DNA of 64,000 bases from the NCBI RefSeq assembly GCF_009914755.1, contig NC_060939.1; one strand, 5' to 3'. Shown in pieces: positions 55,101 to 64,000 of the stretch. Position numbers and translations under genes: made by a program. Below the pieces are notes generated by a model. That model worked only from the letters and a program-made list of their open reading frames with translations. It ran no database searches and was not told where the DNA came from. The stretch comes from the human T2T-CHM13v2.0 reference genome, Homo sapiens. Each line of letters opens with the position of its first letter. Within the stretch, counting starts at the first letter, position 1.

Positions 55101-55510
55101 ACTGGATAAACAAATTGTTGTATAACCATTCAATGGAATATTCAGCAATAAAAAGGAAAGGATTACTGATACACACCAATAATATGCATGAATCTCAAAT
55201 GCACTGTGCTGAACGAAAGAAGCCAGTCTCAAAAGGCTGCATACTATATGATTCCATTAATATGATATTCTCAAAATGGAAAAGCTATAGTGATAGGGGA
55301 CAGGTCAATGGTTTCTGAAGGTTAGGAGTAGGACATGGGTGTAAATACAAAGAGACAGGTCAAGGGTGTTATTTGGGGTGATGGAATTATTCTGTATACT
55401 GATTGTGGTGGTAATTACACAAATCTATATGTGTGTTAAAACTCAGAATTATACACCCCAAAAAAGTCCGTTTTTCTGGTATGTTAACTTAAAAATTAAA
55501 ACAATATTTA
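52170..55510 (+). mobile_element. Old L1 (L1MC/MD-like) with 5' region, ORF1 start, ORF2 C-terminal part and 3' UTR; internally deleted
   Basis: aaacctcactggatggctcaa (ORF1); ataaagctacagtaatcaagacagt, tgatttttgacaaaggtgc, gataccactacacac (ORF2); A-rich end at about 55500. Confidence 0.88.
52298..52604 (+). mobile_element. Alu (AluJ-like)
   Basis: J-type ttgagcccaggagttcaaggctgcagtgagctatg. Confidence 0.93.
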
Positions 55511-56689
55511 TAATGAACTTGTGTGGGAATGAAGTCTCATAGGCCTGGAACAGGGAGAAAAGAATATAATTTTAAATCAGGTTGCATTTTCAATGTGTGA
55601 ACACCTACCAGAGATTCTAGGTTCAAACTACTGACTCAAGCAACTGTGAAGTGTTCTATTTATTTACTTAGTTGGTGGATTGAAAACTAGAGTCAACAGT
55701 AACCTATATGAAGTTAAAATGTCAGAAAGAAGTTGATATAATATAGAGGAAAGAATTAAGCTGAAGAGAGAAGAATTTAAGAGCAGATTTATCATGTGTT
55801 CACAACCCCTACCCCAAAAATAACCTCCGAGAAGTTCAGATGACAGTCTCTTCACCATAAGATTGAGAAATATATAGATAACAGAAGCACCAGCATCCTT
55901 TAAAATCACATTCATAGCTAAATACTATAAGTAGAGTACAAGCATAGAAGGTGCTGCCATTATAATGAGCTCCTAGATTTAAGTGACTGATGGAAACTCA
56001 GAATGACAAAGGTCTAATGGATGTACTCAACTACCAGAGAAAATGTAGATGTGGTTACCAAAACAGGTAGCAGGGCCAGAATAACAAACAGAATGATCTT
56101 ACCTCTATGGATCTTTGGAGATAATGAAGCTTCTATGATTGAAATAAATGTGCTACCCTCTAAGGTTCTACATGATGTGCCTATCAAAAAAAAAAAAAGT
56201 GCTGGACTTGGTAAGCAGAAGGTTGATCTGAACCACCATTATAGAGACTCACTACCTGTCACTCAATTCCCAGACATGAATCAGTTTAAAAAGTCAGAGC
56301 CTTTTCATTGGAGATTGGGTACTCTCGAAAAAGGATTATGTAACAACATCACAAGCATGTACTATAAATCTTTCATTGACTGTTACCAAAGGCACATGCA
56401 AATACTTTTCAGAATAATTGTACCCTGGGGAAAAAAAGGAATACCTAGAATTTGGGGGGATTACTTGACCCTGACTCTGAGCTAACACTAATTCCTGGCA
56501 ACATAGAACATCACTATGCTCTACTGCTAAGATAGAGGCATTCTGAAGCAAGGGTTAAATGAAGTTGGCTATGAGTCCCACCATGTTTATTTCACCAGTT
56601 CATGACTGTGTAGTTGAAATGAGTAACACACGACCACAAAATCCCCATGCTTACTCACTCTATGACCCACTGAGTAAAAGCTAGTTTGG

Positions 56690-58173
<1,484 letters not shown>

Positions 58174-58723
58174 TAACCCATAAGGCTGCCAGCTTTGTGT
58201 GAGACATAGAGCAAGAAAAGGCTCTGTCTGCAGTAGGCTGAGGATGCTGAGACTAGGCCTTCATGACTTCGTAGATCTGTGACTGACTGAAAGCCATGTA
58301 GAGCCTATGGCCAGCCCCAATACAAGAACGATAGTTAGGGCCTCTGGGGCTTCAAAACAAATCAGTGCCCTGTAGGTAGGCAAACGTACTCTTGAGAAAC
58401 AGCTCCTGGCTTGTTATTGGCCCTGGAAGAAATGGAATGTCCAACCACAGTAAAACTAGTAGCCTTGCAATTGGCCTGCCCTTAGTAAATAGGGGATTGT
58501 CAACCACCATTAAGGTGTATCCAAGAGCACTTCATCATCACGTGAAAGTGATATGTAATGAATAAACTTAGCAGATCCAATAGATTGTAAAAATTGCATG
58601 GCTCACCTCCCAGGGTGTCTATTCTTTCCACATTTCTATCTATCTCTTCTTCAATTCATGCCTATATCCTTAAGAGGAATTCCACATGACCAGTTGACTA
58701 AAAAGGTAAAAACTAGCGTCTGA

Positions 58724-58873
<150 letters not shown>

Positions 58874-59535
58874 TGATTTTTAGATGGCTTTGCACAATAT
58901 GGAAGCATCAGATTCAAATGGACTATAAGTCCACATAGAAGTAGTCCAAAAGAACAGGGAATAAAATAAATATCTCCCAGTGGGAAGACTTTTCAGGGGA
59001 TATCTCATGCTCCAATTTGTTTGGAAAGATAAATTCCCTGCAGTGTGAATCCTCCAGGACTCATAAGCAATGGCTAATGGTTTGATCAGACTTGGAGGTA
59101 CCAAGATTGGCAGACTGGTGACAAGGAGTATTGGAGAGAAGGAAATATGATGAACCTCTCAGAATAAACAGTAAGAGAATAATTTGTGTTTCCTGCAGAA
59201 AATGAAGTTCACAATATTTGGGCGAATAAAATAAGCTGTCCTATAAGTGTCAGGGAGTCTTTCCTCAACCATCTCTATGTTTGCTCTAAGGGCTCATGAA
59301 AAACATGGCCATAGTGACAAAGCTGGACCTTATGCATGGCCTCAACAACATGGACTTCCCATGACCAGGATACTGCCACTGCTGAGCACATAACTTGCCA
59401 GTAGCAATGACCACTTGGGATGCCTGGATAAGAGATATATCTCTGAGAAAACAGCCTACCACCATTGAGTAGACTGATCGCATTGGAGTCAGTCCTTCCC
59501 CAACAGACACTTAATCTAGATACGGATTTTTCTTC

Positions 59536-60286
<751 letters not shown>

Positions 60287-60626
60287 TCTTCCTCTCCCAC
60301 CATATTTCTGAAAGCCACAGAATTCATGGACTTACTGAATGCCTTATTCAAAATGTTGACATCTCTCACAACATTGCTTGTGACCAGGGAACAAATGTAC
60401 AGGAAAAGAAGTATGGGGGTGGGCTGATGTGCATAACATGCACTGGTCTTCCCATGTATTCCATCATCCAAAAGCCACTGGCCTGAGAGAATGGAGTGAC
60501 CCCTTGTCCAGCATGAAGACAGGACCTGATGAGGTTGAAGTGTTGCCCTACAAAATGTAGCATATGTCTTAAGTGAATGACTGCTGTTTCACCCCCTAAA
60601 AATAAGAGGTAAAAATGGGAGTATCC

Positions 60627-60921
60627 GGTGGCTCACGCCTGTAATCCTACCACTTTGGGAAGCTGAGGCAGGCGGATCACCTGAGGTCAGGAGTTCAAGA
60701 CCAGCCTGGCCAACATGGTGAAACCCTGTCTCTATTAAAAATACAAAAATTATCCATGCATGGTGGCGTGTGCTTGTAATCCCAGCTACCAGGGAGGCTG
60801 AGGCAGGAGAATCTCTGGAATCCAGGAGGCAGACGCTGTAGTGAACCGAGATGGTGCTACTGGCACTTCAGCCTGGGCAACAGAGCAAGATTCTGGCTCA
60901 AAAAAAAAAAAAAAAAAAAAA
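60627..60921 (+). mobile_element. Alu (AluSx-like), slightly 5'-truncated
   Basis: Starts cggtggctcacgcc; gagtatc flanks both ends. Confidence 0.95.
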
Positions 60922-61014
60922 GAGTATCTTCTCTCATAATGATACCTAATGAACAACTTGCTAAATTTTTGCTTTTTGTGACTTTTGGGCTCTGCTGGTT
61001 CAAAGACTTTGAAC

Positions 61015-61145
61015 CCATGGGAGGGACACTTTTACCAGAGGACACAATAATGAGGCCACTGAATTGGAACCTGAGACTCCCGCCCGGACAGTTGAGATTT
61101 ATCATCCCCTGTTGGACAAAATGACTGATCCAGATTATCCAAGTA
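61015..61145 (+). pseudogene. ERVL dUTPase-like remnant
   Basis: ORF 60939..61124 contains GGTLLPEDTIMRPLNWNLRLPPGQL, resembling the ERVL dUTPase N-terminus, located downstream of integrase as in ERVL. Confidence 0.7.
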
Positions 61146-61156
61146 GACTACTGTCA

Positions 61157-61568
<412 letters not shown>

Positions 61569-62569
61569 GTTAATAGAAGGTAACTTTCAATCCCATAACG
61601 GCAGAGCAATTAAGTATTCAGATCCCCCAGGAATGAAGTTTGGGTCATCCCTCTAGATAAAGAATCATGCCCAGCTGGCTCACTTGCTGAGGACAAAGGG
61701 AACACGAATGGGTAGAAGAAGGACATTATAAATAACAACTGCAGCCTCGTGACCAGTTGCAGAAAAATAAGTTCTGCAGCATAGACATTGACTATCCACA
61801 TTTTCTTCTTCGTTTGCTGTGTCATGTATGTATTTATGTCTATTTAATACATTTTACTATTTTATTTCTTTCTGCTTTTCTGCACTATTTTATGTAGTCT
61901 GTGTGGGTAGTACTTAATCTTACAACCTAGTCCATAGACTACAGAATACCAATGACAGTATGACTGAGATAGAGGAGAAATGAATATCACCCAGAAAACC
62001 TGAACTTGGATCTGGATGCCGCAGAAAAACAATGAAACTTGGAGTCCTTCCTTTGGGGTAGTGCATTTTCTTTTGTACGAGTGATCATTGTATTCTCTCA
62101 GGCTAGCACAGGTTACTGTTACTATTACAGCTGGTAATATAAGCATTAAAATGGGGCACATAAATGTTGACATTATGCAGCAAAGGGGTGGATTGTAGTG
62201 ACATCTCAAATTTTTGAATACTTCCACATTGTAAGTCCTACCTTTGCAAGATATCATCTAAAAAAAAAAACTACATTTCTCAGCCTCCCTTTTCAGTAAG
62301 GTACAGACATAAAACTAGCTTCTTTCAATCAGAGGCATCAGCATAAAACTTAGAAAGCAGATGGGAGAATAGTGAGGTGAACGGTGAGACTAGTGGAATC
62401 ATGCAAGTATGCAGTCTTAGGCAGTTCTGCAGGAGCTGTAACAGAAGTTCAGTGCAGTGAAGGTCCAGTTTGTGTTTTCACAGGAGTTGAGCAGTATGTC
62501 ACAGCCTCTGCAGAATTTCCAGATGACAAAATAATGTCATCAGAATTTTGCTATATCCATTTCCATTTC

Positions 62570-63051
62570 TAGACCTAGCTTTTATCTGCACTGGATTCCT
62601 TCTCAAGTAGGTTCTTTCCCTTGTAGTGGCCCCTGGGAGCCCCAAACCCAGGGAAAGAGAGTTTCTCTTTCCAATCATCAAGAAAAAAAAAGTCCCTGGA
62701 CTGAATCTCATTCACGCAGTTTGGGTCACATATCCATCACTGAATCGATTGCTGTGGCCAATGAGATTGAATATGCCAGGCCCAGGTAATACGCATCCCC
62801 TGAACAGTCAGATCAGGATGAGGTCTGAAAGGGAGACTAGATCCGTTTCAAGTAGTTCATCACCCAAAAGCAACTAGCCTTACAGTATGGAGGAACGAAC
62901 TGGTGAGACTGAGGTACTGCCCTACAAAATGTAGCATATGCTTCAAGCTAGTGACCACTTACCAAGGGTAGTCCTCAAGCTAAAATCAGGATGTTACCAA
63001 AGAAAAGGAGGAGGAATGATGGGCAGGCAGAAGCAACAGTGGTCCACTACA
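62570..63051 (-). mobile_element. MaLR LTR (MLT1K-like) with a foreign insert
   Basis: gtttgggtcacatatccatcactgaatc...tgtggcca; ends gggcaggcagaagcaacagtggtccactaca. Confidence 0.65.
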
Positions 63052-63079
63052 TGGCAAGTTCCGGCTCCTCCCCTGGGCT

Positions 63080-63370
63080 CTGGTAGGATGGTGACTAAGA
63101 GAGCCTGCAGCTGAGTCCCTGACTCTTCTTGCCTTGTGACCCTAGTGGCACTTTCAGTTTGCTGAACTAAAATTCTGAAGGTCTGGTTTTCAGGTGTGAT
63201 GTCTGCGAACTGGACAATCTCCCTTAACTTTTTTGAACCTCCTTTGGGCCATTTTTTGCCAAATGAAGAACTAATAAAGCCTGCCTTGTGAAAATTCAAC
63301 AAGATAAAACTCATAAAAACCACTTTGAAATCTGTAAAGTACTCCACAAATGTAATGGATCATCTTTATT
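63080..63370 (+). mobile_element. MIR fragments
   Basis: ggtgactaagagagcc...tgtgacc; tgtgaaaattcaacaagataa...ctgtaaagtactccacaaatgtaa. Confidence 0.55.
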
Positions 63371-63589
63371 GCTTCAAGGAAACCAGAGATGAACTGAGCC
63401 TAGCTCATCCTGGTTAGGAGGGGGAAACTATCCCATAGATAAAGGGCAAATATGGGAAACTGAGGTTGATGGACGGCCATAAGGCAAGTGGAGTGAGAAC
63501 TAGGGCCACTGTCAAATGCTCTTCACCACACAGATAAGACCAATCCACCTCTTTCTGGGCTACTGAGCTCGTCTCCCCGCTTCCCTAGG

Positions 63590-64000
63590 TAAGAGTAAAA
63601 ATATCTGCTGAGCTGTGACCAAAGGCTTAAACTGTAAATATGTTTGACATAGGATTCCTCACTGAGAAAATTTCTTCTAGGAAAATAAATAGTTAGGAAA
63701 GCAAAGATTCCTGTGAAAGAAAATGTATTGCAGCAATTACTGGGATAACAAAAGTTTGAAAGTAGCTGCCCTGCAATAAGAAATTGATTATATAATTACA
63801 CAAATTATGGTATTATCTCTTCAGTGGCATGCTAAGAGTAAAATGATGATACAGATAGTACACAGAGGAAGAGCCAGGATATAATAAATGAAAAGAGCAT
63901 GGACATTATGATCCCGTTTTTGTCAATCAAACCTATAGATGCATTCATGTGCATAAGGAAAGATTGAAAAGATACATAATAGTTACATCATGCATTCCTT
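63590..64000 (+). mobile_element. Old L1 (L1ME-like) 3' fragment
   Basis: ttgcagcaatt...aaattatggtatt...atgatcccgtttttgt. Confidence 0.65.

Noticed and set aside
56021-56485. 154-aa ORF as a possible domesticated retroviral gene
   Set aside because: Lies in the decayed ERVL gag/pro region, includes an A-run, and the flanking pol is riddled with stops and has YIND instead of YIDD

Overview
Primate (most likely human or another catarrhine: AluY-, AluS- and AluJ-type SINEs plus an LTR12 solo LTR) non-coding genomic DNA, CpG-depleted, with no CpG island. I find no credible host protein-coding exon, RNA gene or CRISPR array. The ORFs I could trace derive from repeats or low-complexity sequence; the rest look like chance frames. 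About 1-41 kb is unique sequence densely interspersed with MIR, L2, MaLR/ERV LTRs, hAT-type MER elements and Alus, and holds several repeat-free, TF-motif-rich islands that look like enhancers or a promoter (about 18.8, 23.0, 27.7, 39.1 and 40.4 kb). About 41.4-64 kb is almost entirely nested fossil retroelements: a minus-strand ERVL 3' remnant, about 5.5 kb of old minus-strand L1M, and a near-complete decayed plus-strand ERVL provirus (LTR-gag-pro-RT-RNaseH-IN-dUTPase-PPT-LTR, about 50.4-62.6 kb) interrupted by ten younger insertions. The least expected pattern is a recurring set of DNA-repair or template-switch scars: three short locally templated insertions and three perfect fold-back hairpins. 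I cannot support a novel gene system here. Repeat family and subfamily names come from recall of consensus sequences and need RepeatMasker/Dfam confirmation; boundaries of old elements are approximate.
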